64,000 bases of DNA from Thermoanaerobaculia bacterium (GTDB lineage: Bacteria; Acidobacteriota; Thermoanaerobaculia; UBA5066; Gp7-AA6). Where the stretch lies: contig JBBROA010000004.1 of assembly GCA_038229875.1 (NCBI GenBank), positions 161-64,160 on the forward strand, written 5' to 3'. The position numbers and the translations under genes are program-made. The notes below the pieces were generated by a model that made no database searches, was not told the origin of the DNA, and worked only from the letters and a program-made list of their open reading frames with translations. Below are positions 55,083 through 63,346 of the stretch, piece after piece. The stretch's first letter is position 1, and every line of letters begins with the position of its first letter.

Positions 55083-56516
55083 ATGGTCCCTCGAAGCACG
55101 GCTCCGCCGCCGAGCGGCCGCGCGCCCGCCGCTGCGATGAAGCCCGCGGCGCTCCGGCGCGGGATCGGCCCGTTCGACGCCACGGCGCTCGTCGTCGGCT
55201 CGATGATCGGATCCGGGATCTTCATCGTTTCCGCCGAGAGCGCGCGCGTGCTCGGCTCCGCCGGCTGGCTTCTCGCGGCGTGGGGCATCGCGGGACTCCT
55301 GACGCTCGTCGCGGCTCTCTCCTGCTCGGAGCTGGCGGCCATGCTTCCGAAAGCGGGGGGCCAGTACGTGTTCTTTCGTGAGGCGTACGGTCCTCTCGTC
55401 GGCTTCCTTTTCGGATGGGCCCTGTTTCTCGTCATCCAGTCGGGCACGATCGCCGCGGTGTCTGTCGCGTTCGCTAAGTTCCTGGGGGTCCTGTGGCCGG
55501 CGATTTCCGCTGAACCGCCGCTCTTCACGGCGGGTCCGCTCCGCGTCACCGCGGCGCAGGCGGTTGCCCTGGCGGTGATCGCGATTCTCACGGCGACGAA
55601 CGCGAGCGGTCTGCGCGCCGGGACCGGCACCCAGAACGTCTTCACCGCGGCGAAGCTTGCCGCCCTCCTCGCGCTGACGGGGCTCGGCCTCTTTCTCGGC
55701 ACCTCCGGGGCCGCCCTTCGCGCGCCCGGATTCTGGACGGCCGTCACTCCGGGCGGCCACGCACTGACCGGTTTTGCGCTCGTCGCCGCGCTGGGGACGG
55801 CGATGGTCGGGCCGCTCTTCTCGCAGTCCGCCTGGAACAACGTCACGTTCGCGGGCGAAGAGATTCGCAACCCGGAACGAACCCTTCCCCGAGCGCTTCT
55901 GATCGGTTGCCTGATCGTGACGGCAGCGTACGTGATGGCGAACGTGGCGTACGAAAACGTCCTGCCGCTTTCAGGGATCCAGCATGCGCCCGCGGATCGC
56001 GTCGGCACCGCGGCGGCGATGGCGATGTTCGGGCCGGGCGCCGCCGCGGCGACGGCCGCCGCGATCATGATCTCGACGTTCGGTTGCGTGAACGGGCTGA
56101 TTCTCTCGGGCGCGCGCGTCACGTTCGCCATGGCGCGGGACGGCCTTTTTTTTCGCCGCCTCGCGACCGTCAACCGCGCTTCGGTGCCCGCGAGCGCCCT
56201 GGTGGCGCAGGGGATCTGGTCCGGCGTCCTCGTGCTCTCCGGTGATTACGGAAAGCTCCTGAAGTACGTCATCTCCGTCGACATCCTGTTTTACGTGATG
56301 CTCGTGCTCGCGGTCATCGTGCTCCGCCGGCGCCGGCCGGACCTGCCGCGGCCTTTCCGGGCGCCCGGCTACCCGTTCCTCCCGCTCGCCTACGCGGCCG
56401 CCGGCGTCCTGCTGATCGTGATCCTGTTCGCCGGGAGCCCCGCGACGACGTGGCCGGGTTACGCGATCGTGGCGAGCGGGATCCCGGTGTACTTTCTCTG
56501 GCGGCCGCAACGGTGA
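55083..56516 (+). CDS. APC-superfamily amino-acid permease
   Basis: GSMIGSGIF, 12 TM helices. Alternative start at ATG 55137. Confidence 0.85.
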   Translation: MVPRSTAPPPSGRAPAAAMKPAALRRGIGPFDATALVVGSMIGSGIFIVSAESARVLGSAGWLLAAWGIAGLLTLVAALSCSELAAMLPKAGGQYVFFREAYGPLVGFLFGWALFLVIQSGTIAAVSVAFAKFLGVLWPAISAEPPLFTAGPLRVTAAQAVALAVIAILTATNASGLRAGTGTQNVFTAAKLAALLALTGLGLFLGTSGAALRAPGFWTAVTPGGHALTGFALVAALGTAMVGPLFSQSAWNNVTFAGEEIRNPERTLPRALLIGCLIVTAAYVMANVAYENVLPLSGIQHAPADRVGTAAAMAMFGPGAAAATAAAIMISTFGCVNGLILSGARVTFAMARDGLFFRRLATVNRASVPASALVAQGIWSGVLVLSGDYGKLLKYVISVDILFYVMLVLAVIVLRRRRPDLPRPFRAPGYPFLPLAYAAAGVLLIVILFAGSPATTWPGYAIVASGIPVYFLWRPQR

Positions 56517-58096
56517 CTCGCCTCCGGGTGCGGCACGTTTCGGACGGAGCGCTTCTCGTCGAATTCCCGGACGCCTCGGACGAAGATGCGAACCGGTCCG
56601 CCGTCGCGCTCGCGGGATGGCTTTCCTCCCGGCCCTCGCGGCCGGATGACGCGGTGCCGGGCGCGCGCACGCTGTTCTGCGCCTTCGACCCCGGCCGGAT
56701 CTCTCCTGAAGATTTCGAGCGTGAAATCGAAGCGGCGTCCGTAGCGCCCGCAGAGGCCGCGTGGGCTTCGGCGGGGCGCGAGCACGTGATCGACGTCGCT
56801 TACGGCGGGCCGGACCTGGACGGCGTCGCGCGGCGCGCCGGGTTGACGGCCGAAGAGGTCTGCGCCCGACACGCCGGCTCGGACTACCGCGTCGCGTTCC
56901 TCGGGTTCGCTCCCGGCTTTGCGTACCTGACCGGCCTTCCCCTGCAGCTCGCGGCCCCCCGGCTGTCGACGCCCCGTCCGCGCGTTCCCGCGGGAAGCGT
57001 CGCCCTCGCGGGCCGGTACTCCGGGATCTACCCGGCGGAGAGCCCGGGCGGATGGAACCTGATCGGGCGTGCGAACCTGCGCCTGTTCGACCCCGACCGG
57101 GACCCCACCGCACTTCTCGCCCCGGGAGACCGCGTGCGTTTTCGCCGGAGGCGGGCGGACGAGATCGCTCCGCCGGGAGCCCCGGTGTCCGCAGTGTCCC
57201 GCGGGAAGGAGGGCGCCGGAGCTCCGCTCTTCCGGGTTCTCTCCCCGGGGCTCTGGTCAGCGGCGGTCGGGGCGCCGTTTCGCGGACGTGGCGCGTCGGG
57301 TCTGCCTCCCTCCGGAGCGGTGGACCCGGCGCTCCTGGCTTTCGGAAACGCGCTGCTGGGCAACCCTGCGGGCGCCGCGGCGGTCGAGCTCGCCGTGGCC
57401 GGACCCGAGCTGGAAGCTCTCGAGGACACGCGGGTGGCGATCGCGGGCGGCGGCAGCGACGCGGCGATCGACGGCCGGCCGTATCCCGCCGGCGTGTCCG
57501 TGGACTTGAGGAGGGGGCAACGCCTCGCCCTGGGAGCGGTGCGGCGCGGAGTCCGGGCCTACCTCTGCGTCGCGGGCGGTTTCGAGCCGCCGGCCGCGCT
57601 CGACATCCCGTCGAGGCTCTCGCCCGGGGACCTGCTGTTCGGGGCGCATCCGGCGATGTGCGTCGAGAGCGGCTCCGAACCGACCGTACCCGCACCCGAT
57701 TTTCCTCAGGACCCGGTGGTACGCATCGTGCTGGGACCGCAGGAAGACTGGTTTGCCGACGAGGGGGTCGCCGCCTTGCTGAATTCCCCGTTTCGCGTTT
57801 CCTCGACCAGCGACCGCCGCGGCATTCGGCTCGAGGGGCCTCGACTGGCGTTTCGAGGAGAGTCGGAGATCCCGCCGGAAGGAACGGCGCTCGGCGCAAT
57901 CCAGGTCCCGGGGGACGGGCAGCCGATCGTTCTGGGGCCAGACCGCCCCGTGACGGGCGGCTACCCGAAGATTGCGACGGTGGTCTCCGCGGACTTCCGC
58001 CTGGTCGCGCAGACGCGCCCGGGGACATCCCTGCGGTTTCGCGCCGTTTCCATGGCTGACGCCCTGGCGGCGAGGCGTAGGATGGCGCGGACGTGA
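56513..58096 (+). CDS. fused 5-oxoprolinase subunits PxpB-PxpC (KipI-KipA / allophanate-hydrolase subunits 1+2)
   Basis: GTG overlaps the permease stop (GTGA). FLGFAPGFAYL...SPGGWNLIG (PxpB part), then SDRRGIRLEG...GAIQVP.DGQPIVL..DRPVTGGYPKIA (PxpC part). Confidence 0.85.
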   Translation: MTRLRVRHVSDGALLVEFPDASDEDANRSAVALAGWLSSRPSRPDDAVPGARTLFCAFDPGRISPEDFEREIEAASVAPAEAAWASAGREHVIDVAYGGPDLDGVARRAGLTAEEVCARHAGSDYRVAFLGFAPGFAYLTGLPLQLAAPRLSTPRPRVPAGSVALAGRYSGIYPAESPGGWNLIGRANLRLFDPDRDPTALLAPGDRVRFRRRRADEIAPPGAPVSAVSRGKEGAGAPLFRVLSPGLWSAAVGAPFRGRGASGLPPSGAVDPALLAFGNALLGNPAGAAAVELAVAGPELEALEDTRVAIAGGGSDAAIDGRPYPAGVSVDLRRGQRLALGAVRRGVRAYLCVAGGFEPPAALDIPSRLSPGDLLFGAHPAMCVESGSEPTVPAPDFPQDPVVRIVLGPQEDWFADEGVAALLNSPFRVSSTSDRRGIRLEGPRLAFRGESEIPPEGTALGAIQVPGDGQPIVLGPDRPVTGGYPKIATVVSADFRLVAQTRPGTSLRFRAVSMADALAARRRMART

Positions 58097-58878
58097 GCAT
58101 CGATCTGAACGCCGACGTCGGCGAAGGTCTGGACGACTCCGCCCTCCTGCCCTTCCTGACCTCCGCGAACGTCGCCTGCGGCCTCCACGCCGGAGACCCT
58201 TTCTCAATCGACGAGACGGTGGCCGCGGCGCTGTCCCACGGAGTCCGCGTCGGCGCGCATCCCGGCTATCCCGATCGCGCAAACTTCGGCCGGCTGCGCG
58301 TCGAGATGTCGGCGGACGCCATCGAAGCGCTCGTCCTCTACCAGATCTCGGCGCTCGACGGCTTCGTGCGCTCGCGCGGCGGGACGCTCACGCACGTCAA
58401 GCCGCACGGCGCGCTCTACCATGCGGCGGCGGAATTTCCGGACGTCGCGCGCGCGATCGCTGAAGGCGTGCGCCGGCTCCGGCCGAGCCTGCTGCTCTTC
58501 GGGCCGCCCGGCTCTCTGCTGATGGAAGCGGGACGCGAGGCCGGACTTCCCGTCGCCGCCGAGGCATTCGCGGACCGCCGGTATCTTCCGGACGGAACCC
58601 TCGTCCCCCGCACGGAGCGGGGCGCGCTCATTTCCTCGCCCGACGAGGCCGCCGAGCAGGCGCTCAGTCTGGCGCGGGACGGCCGAGTGACCACCAGCGA
58701 GGGAACGACGATTTCCGTCCGAGCCGACACACTCTGCATTCATGGCGACACGCCGGGCGCGCCCGAGTTTGCTCGCCGCATTCATGAGCGTTTCCGGGAA
58801 GAGGGGATCCGGATCGCACCGCTCGAAGTCACCCCTTCCCGGGACCGGCGCGCTCAGGCGGCGGCCCCTCTGCATTGA
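58093..58878 (+). CDS. pxpA: 5-oxoprolinase subunit PxpA (LamB/YcsF family)
   Basis: GTGA overlap. IDLNADVGEG...ANVACGLHAGDP...VKPHGALY...CIHGDTPGA. Confidence 0.9.
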   Translation: MSIDLNADVGEGLDDSALLPFLTSANVACGLHAGDPFSIDETVAAALSHGVRVGAHPGYPDRANFGRLRVEMSADAIEALVLYQISALDGFVRSRGGTLTHVKPHGALYHAAAEFPDVARAIAEGVRRLRPSLLLFGPPGSLLMEAGREAGLPVAAEAFADRRYLPDGTLVPRTERGALISSPDEAAEQALSLARDGRVTTSEGTTISVRADTLCIHGDTPGAPEFARRIHERFREEGIRIAPLEVTPSRDRRAQAAAPLH

Positions 58879-58886
58879 GGTCGAAC

Positions 58887-59372
58887 ATGTGGAACTCGAA
58901 ACGTCTCCCCGAACAGGAAGAAGAGGCGGCGCCCGGAGTCTTCGCGCGCTTGAAGGACGCCTTTGCCGCAACGAAGGGACTCATCGCCACGCGCGTCGAG
59001 ATTTTCCAGGAGGAAGTGTCGGAGAAGGGAAGTCTCGCCGGCCGCGGCGCCATGGCGCTTGGCATCGCGCTCGTCGTCGGCTGGCTCGCGATGCTCCTCT
59101 TCACGGCGCTCGTCGCGGTGCTGCTCGCGAAGCTGTTCGATAGCGTCTGGATCGGAATCCTGGTCGCATTCGTGATCTATGCCGCGGGCGCCGGCGCGGC
59201 CGCGTTTGTCGGCATCCAGGCGCTCCGGAAGCTCAGTCCCTTCAAGTTCCCCGCGACCTCGGAAGGTCTGAAAGAGGACTGGGCGGCGATTCGTGATTCG
59301 GTCCGTGCCCCGGTGAGCGTCGAGGAAGACGAAAACGATCTCGAGGCGCGGTTCCGCGCGGGCTCGGAATGA
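58887..59372 (+). CDS. YqjE/DUF1469 (phage-holin-3_6-like) membrane protein
   Basis: Amphipathic N-terminus (LIATRVEIFQEE) followed by two TM helices. Confidence 0.65.
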   Translation: MWNSKRLPEQEEEAAPGVFARLKDAFAATKGLIATRVEIFQEEVSEKGSLAGRGAMALGIALVVGWLAMLLFTALVAVLLAKLFDSVWIGILVAFVIYAAGAGAAAFVGIQALRKLSPFKFPATSEGLKEDWAAIRDSVRAPVSVEEDENDLEARFRAGSE

Positions 59373-59689
59373 GCACGCCGCGGGAAGGCGCGAAGAAGGA
59401 TCACCAGAAGGGTCGAACGGCGCGCCTGACCGAGCTCGCCGCCCGCGGAGCCATGGAACGCCAGCGCCTGGCCGGGGCGGTTCTCGATGTCGCCGGTGAC
59501 GTGCGGAGGCACCGCGTCCGCTGGAAGGTCGCTGGCATGGCGGCGACCAGCGTCGCGACGGCGGGGACCCTCGCGTGGAAGCTCTTCGGCAAGTCCTCTC
59601 CCGCGGCGAAGATCGGGAAGGCGGCCTCGGCGACGTCGATCGTCCTCGGACTCGGGAAGGCGTTCCTGCGGATCCGCCGGTTTTTGTAA
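59369..59689 (+). CDS. YqjK-like small protein
   Basis: ATGA overlap with the upstream gene. RLTELAARGAMERQRLA..., one hydrophobic segment. Confidence 0.5.
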   Translation: MSTPREGAKKDHQKGRTARLTELAARGAMERQRLAGAVLDVAGDVRRHRVRWKVAGMAATSVATAGTLAWKLFGKSSPAAKIGKAASATSIVLGLGKAFLRIRRFL

Positions 59690-59710
59690 CGTCGCCTTCG
59701 CTCACGCTCC

Positions 59711-59810
59711 CGCAGCGGGGAGGCTCCTCTTTCCCTCTGATCAGGAGACTCCCGCTGCGAGCGTACCCACCCTCGTAATTGAAGCGCAGCTCTGCCCCTC
59801 GCCCCTCGCC
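59711..59810. repeat. composite GC-rich structured repeat, copy 2
   Basis: Hairpin 59711-59727/59744-59759, and GAAGCGCAGCTC at 59781, the same 22-nt spacing from the hairpin as in copy 1. Confidence 0.7.
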
Positions 59811-60003
59811 CGGGAAGCGTTCAGCCCGAACCAGTGGTGGACAGGTTGTTCGGGGACATGGTGAACACATGGACGGTGAAAGACGGAGCCAGGAGGGGTG
59901 GATTTGCGACCCGGGTGATAAACGTCCTGCAAAGGTGACCTCTCTCGGTGACATATCTCGTGGTCAGCTTGGACGAAGTGCTTTGTTTTCAGCACGTCTG
60001 GCA

Positions 60004-60018
60004 TGGCAGCGACGTTGC
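60004..60018 (+). promoter_or_regulatory. sigma54 -24/-12 promoter (TGGCAG-N5-TTGC)
   Basis: GG-N10-GC spacing is exact. The GC lies 46 nt before the ATG at 60064, identical to the paralog. Confidence 0.55.
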
Positions 60019-60034
60019 GATATCCCCTGGTGTC

Positions 60035-60051
60035 CCGCGGATGATCCGCGG
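60035..60051 (+). promoter_or_regulatory. conserved 17-nt palindrome CCGCGGA-N3-TCCGCGG abutting the AGGAGG Shine-Dalgarno sequence
   Basis: The same arms occur at 60811-60827 upstream of the paralog. Only the 3-nt loop differs. Confidence 0.5.
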
Positions 60052-60063
60052 AGGAGGTCTTCG

Positions 60064-60618
60064 ATGACAAAAGGATTTCGCATCGCGCTCGCGACCGCCG
60101 CAGTGGCGGCCGGGGTCGCTTTCGCGGGCGCGTCGCCCGCGCAGGCTCAGGTTCGGATCGGCGGCTCCTTCCCGCTTCCGCACGGGCGCATCTCGATTGG
60201 CATCGGAGCCCCCGAGTTCGCCATCGGGACTTACGTTCCGAACGGGTATGACGTCTACGAAGGGGACGATGGCGGCTACGGTTTCGAGTACGAGAATCGG
60301 TGGGTTCCTGTCCGGCAGTACAGCGACCGCTGGGTCATCTGCGAGCCTTCTCAGGCGTACGGGTACGGCGCTTACGGGTATGGCGGTGGATACAGCAGCT
60401 TCGGGTACTCCGGGGGATACAACCGGTACTACGGGCGGCCGAGCTACGGATATCGCCAGGACTTCGGCTATCGCCACGGTTACCGCCAGGACTTTCGCGA
60501 TCGCGACCATGGTCGGTTTGAGCGACGGGAGTGGGACGGCCGGCGCGGCAGCCGGGACCGTGACGACCGTCGCTCGGATCGTGATGGGCGCCGGGACGGA
60601 AACCGCCACGGACACTGA
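60064..60618 (+). CDS. secreted protein: conserved N-domain + Tyr/Gly-rich + Arg/Asp-rich low-complexity tail
   Basis: Signal peptide MTKGFRIALATAAVAAGVAFAGASPAQAQ; GSFPLPHGRISIGIG.P.F..GTYVP; NRWVPVRQYSDRWVIC; then GYGAYGYGGGYSSFGYSGGY...RDRDDRRSDRDGRRD. Confidence 0.7.
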   Translation: MTKGFRIALATAAVAAGVAFAGASPAQAQVRIGGSFPLPHGRISIGIGAPEFAIGTYVPNGYDVYEGDDGGYGFEYENRWVPVRQYSDRWVICEPSQAYGYGAYGYGGGYSSFGYSGGYNRYYGRPSYGYRQDFGYRHGYRQDFRDRDHGRFERREWDGRRGSRDRDDRRSDRDGRRDGNRHGH

Positions 60619-60641
60619 CCTCGACAACAATCTCCTCGTTG

Positions 60642-60668
60642 ACCGCCCCGCAAGGGGCGGTTTTTTTT
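60642..60668 (+). terminator. rho-independent terminator (ACCGCCCC GCAA GGGGCGGT + T8)
   Basis: Read directly, 24 nt after the stop codon. Confidence 0.85.
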
Positions 60669-60778
60669 GGGTTTCATCCGGGCAAGAGCGTCCCCATTTT
60701 GTTGTTTCTGCTCTCCGGTGGAGACGCGGGCGCCGCGTCCCAAATCGGTAACTCGTTTGATTCGAATGGGGAAGCATC

Positions 60779-60793
60779 TGGCATTTCCATTGC
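60779..60793 (+). promoter_or_regulatory. sigma54 -24/-12 promoter (TGGCAT-N5-TTGC)
   Basis: Exact consensus spacing. The GC lies 46 nt before the ATG at 60839. Confidence 0.6.
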
Positions 60794-60810
60794 CTCTACA
60801 AAGGAGTGAC

Positions 60811-60827
60811 CCGCGGACGGTCCGCGG
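60811..60827 (+). promoter_or_regulatory. conserved palindrome CCGCGGA-N3-TCCGCGG abutting AGGAGG
   Basis: Paralogous to 60035-60051. Confidence 0.5.
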
Positions 60828-60838
60828 AGGAGGTCAAA

Positions 60839-61309
60839 ATGAAAAATGGTTTTCGCATCGCTCTCGGGACGGCGGCCCTGGCCGCCGGGCTGGCTGTTGC
60901 CGCCCCGACCCCGGCCGGCGCGCAGGTCGCCTTCCGCGGATCGTTCCCGGCGCCTCACGGACGAGTCTCGGTCCGCTTTGGCGATCCCTTCTTTCGCGTT
61001 GGCACCTACGTGCCATCGCAATACCGGGTGATCCGCCATGCCCGCTACGGGCGCGGGTTTTACTACCGATCCCGCTGGATCCCGGTTCGGTCCTACGGAC
61101 GCCGCTGGGTCGTCTGCGACGCGCCCGCGGATTACGCGTCGGACTACTCGTACTCGGATGGCTTCTACGGCGACCCGTCCTACGACCGCGACGTGTATTA
61201 CGAACCCTACGTCTCCACCTACCGCCCCTACGTCTACTCGCGGCCGTACGCCTATTACGGGCATAGCTGGGGTCACGGCTGGGGTCGTCACGGCGGCTGG
61301 CGCCACTGA
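60839..61309 (+). CDS. secreted paralog of 60064-60618 with a Tyr/Pro/Asp-rich tail
   Basis: MKNGFRIALGTAALAAGLAVAAPTPAGAQ; GSFPAPHGRVSVRFGDPFFRVGTYVP; SRWIPVRSYGRRWVVC; tail YSYSDGFYGDPSYDRDVYYEPYVSTYRPYVYSRPYAYYGHSWGHGWG. Confidence 0.7.
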   Translation: MKNGFRIALGTAALAAGLAVAAPTPAGAQVAFRGSFPAPHGRVSVRFGDPFFRVGTYVPSQYRVIRHARYGRGFYYRSRWIPVRSYGRRWVVCDAPADYASDYSYSDGFYGDPSYDRDVYYEPYVSTYRPYVYSRPYAYYGHSWGHGWGRHGGWRH

Positions 61310-61337
61310 CATTCGCGTTTCCCGATCTCCTCTTTTA

Positions 61338-61366
61338 ACCGCCCCGACAAGGGGCGGTCTTTTTTT
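61338..61366 (+). terminator. rho-independent terminator (ACCGCCCC GACAA GGGGCGGT + CT7)
   Basis: Same stem sequence as the terminator at 60642-60668. Confidence 0.85.
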
Positions 61367-61451
61367 GAGAACGATCATCGGCACGGGGACGGTCTGCCCT
61401 CACCGGGGTGGTGAATAAGCTCGCAGGTTCCGTAGTGAGCGGAGGCGACCG

Positions 61452-62288
61452 TTACGGCGCCTCGGGCAGCAGCTGCGACATCCGCAGGGCGATGGCCGCA
61501 TAGCCCTTTCGATTCGGGTGGAAGCGGTCCGCCGCGAGCCGATCCGGTCTGCCCTCGAAGAGGTCGAATGTGGGGACCAGGAGGATCGCCGGGAAGGAAA
61601 GCGCCGTCTCTTCGATCACGGTGTTCCAGCCCAGAATGACGGAGGCCCCCAGGCGGCCGGCCGGACCGGCGTCCCCGAACGGGTCGTACAGCCCCAGAAG
61701 GAAGATCGGGACGGAGGGGCTGGCCCGGCGCAGGTCCGTCAAGATCGCGCGCAGGTTTTCGGCGTAGCGGCGGCGCGCCGTGGACACGTCCTCGATCGCG
61801 CCGGCCGCAGCGTCAGGTCCGCGCGGGACCGCGTGCGAGAGGTCGTTGCCGCCGATGGAGATCAGGATCAGATCCGCGGAGGCCGCGAGGGAGCGTACGT
61901 TCGCGCTGGCGACCAGGTCGCGGAGCTCGGCGGACTCTGCCCCGTTGACGGAGAGGTTAGCGATCTCGCCGGGCGCGCGTTTCTTCATCGTGTCGAGGAC
62001 GTCGGAGCCGAAGCCCCGGCCCGACTCGTCGCCTGTCCCGCGCGCGAGCGAGTCCCCGAGGACGAGCAGCAACCTCCTGGTCGAGGTGCGCACCGCGGCG
62101 TGGGCGGCCTGGGGCGGCGGGGGGGGCGTGCCGATTGGCGCCCCCAGAGCTCCGCGCAGCGCGAGCCAGAAGCCGCCCGCGAAGAGAATCGTGGCGCCCG
62201 CGGCGATCACGCCGGGAAGGCGCCACAGCCAGAAGCGAGAAGTTCCAATCACGATCGAGAGAGTAACGGAGTGGCGAAGCTTGTCCAC
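61452..62288 (-). CDS. SGNH/GDSL-family hydrolase with N-terminal TM anchor
   Basis: LVLGDSLARGTGD (block I), ISIGGNDL (block III region), DRFHPN (block V). Start uncertain (GTG 62288). The longer 388-aa ORF would run antisense into the ABC gene. Confidence 0.75.
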   Translation of the reverse strand: MDKLRHSVTLSIVIGTSRFWLWRLPGVIAAGATILFAGGFWLALRGALGAPIGTPPPPPQAAHAAVRTSTRRLLLVLGDSLARGTGDESGRGFGSDVLDTMKKRAPGEIANLSVNGAESAELRDLVASANVRSLAASADLILISIGGNDLSHAVPRGPDAAAGAIEDVSTARRRYAENLRAILTDLRRASPSVPIFLLGLYDPFGDAGPAGRLGASVILGWNTVIEETALSFPAILLVPTFDLFEGRPDRLAADRFHPNRKGYAAIALRMSQLLPEAP

Positions 62289-62370
62289 CTCGAGTTCCGT
62301 GGCGCGCTCCGCGGGACGACCGCTGGACAGCCGGTCGGTCCGCGGGCGGCCCTGTGAGAAAGTCTCGATC

Positions 62371-63291
62371 GTGCGGGAAGTGGTCTTGTCGGCGGAAAAC
62401 CTGACGAAGAGTTTCGGCAAACGCGTGGCGGTGGCCGGCGTTTCCTTCGAAGTTCTCGCCGGAGAAGTGTTCGGTTTTCTCGGGCCGAACGGCGCGGGCA
62501 AGACGACCACGATTCGCATGCTCGTGGGTCTCGCGCGGCCGGACGCCGGCTCGATCCGGATCCGGGGACTCGACCTCGCGCACGATTTCCAGAAGGCGAT
62601 GTCGCACGTCGGGTGCATCGTCGAGTCGCCGGATCTCTACAAGTACTTGACCGGGCGCGAAAACCTTCTGCACTTCGCCCGCATGCTCCCCGAGGAAGCG
62701 TCGGGGCGGATTCCGGAGATCGCACGGCTCGTCTCGCTCGACGAGCGGCTGGACGACCGGGTCTCGACCTACTCGCTCGGGATGCGTCAGCGTCTGGGCA
62801 TCGCCCAGGCGCTTCTCGGAAACCCGGACCTCCTGATCCTGGACGAGCCCGCCAACGGGCTCGATCCCGCCGGGATCCGGGAGATTCGCCGCCTCGTTCG
62901 ATCGCTCGCGGAAGAGCGGGGAATCGGCGTTTTCGTGTCGTCGCACCTCCTCGCCGAGGTCGAGCTGATGTGCGACCGCGTTGCGATCATCCACCGCGGG
63001 CGGACGCTCGCGACCGGCCCCGTCCGCGAGTTGCTCGACCGTCCGCGCGGCCCGCATCGGTTTACCGTGCGCCCCGTCGATCGGGCTCTCTCGGTTCTGG
63101 GTCCGTTCGCGGAAAGCGGCGCGGCGGAAGTGGAAGGCGAGGAGGCGGTTGCCGTGAACCTCTCCCGGGAAAAGGTTCCGGAAGCGGTGCGCGCGCTCGA
63201 CGCCGCGGGCGTCGAAGTGTTCGGAATCGAGCGCCCCGCGTCTTCGCTCGAGGAGGTTTTTCTGGAAGTGACCGGAGGAGAAACGGTATGA
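62371..63291 (+). CDS. ABC transporter ATP-binding protein (ABC-2/bacitracin-type exporter)
   Basis: GPNGAGKTTT Walker A, YSLGMRQRLGIAQAL signature, LILDEPANGLD Walker B. GTG start within ORF 61780-63291. Confidence 0.85.
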   Translation: MREVVLSAENLTKSFGKRVAVAGVSFEVLAGEVFGFLGPNGAGKTTTIRMLVGLARPDAGSIRIRGLDLAHDFQKAMSHVGCIVESPDLYKYLTGRENLLHFARMLPEEASGRIPEIARLVSLDERLDDRVSTYSLGMRQRLGIAQALLGNPDLLILDEPANGLDPAGIREIRRLVRSLAEERGIGVFVSSHLLAEVELMCDRVAIIHRGRTLATGPVRELLDRPRGPHRFTVRPVDRALSVLGPFAESGAAEVEGEEAVAVNLSREKVPEAVRALDAAGVEVFGIERPASSLEEVFLEVTGGETV

Positions 63292-63313
63292 CGTCCCGCC
63301 TCCCGCGGAATTT

Positions 63314-63346
63314 CTGCGATGGGTCTGCGATGAGCCTGCGATGAGA
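63314..63346. repeat. three tandem 11-nt units CTGCGATGRGN spanning the permease start codon
   Basis: CTGCGATGGGT / CTGCGATGAGC / CTGCGATGAGA. Each carries an ATG, and the last ATG (63341) starts the permease. Confidence 0.9.

Noticed and set aside
55971-58100. 709-aa minus-strand ORF, extremely Arg/Pro-rich
   Set aside because: Antisense to the amino-acid permease and pxpBC genes, which have clear family motifs. This is a typical long shadow ORF of high-GC DNA.
62289-62618. N-terminal extension of the SGNH hydrolase ORF to 62618
   Set aside because: It would run antisense through the Walker-A region of the ABC ATPase gene. The hydrophobic anchor and the GDSL block start after 62288.
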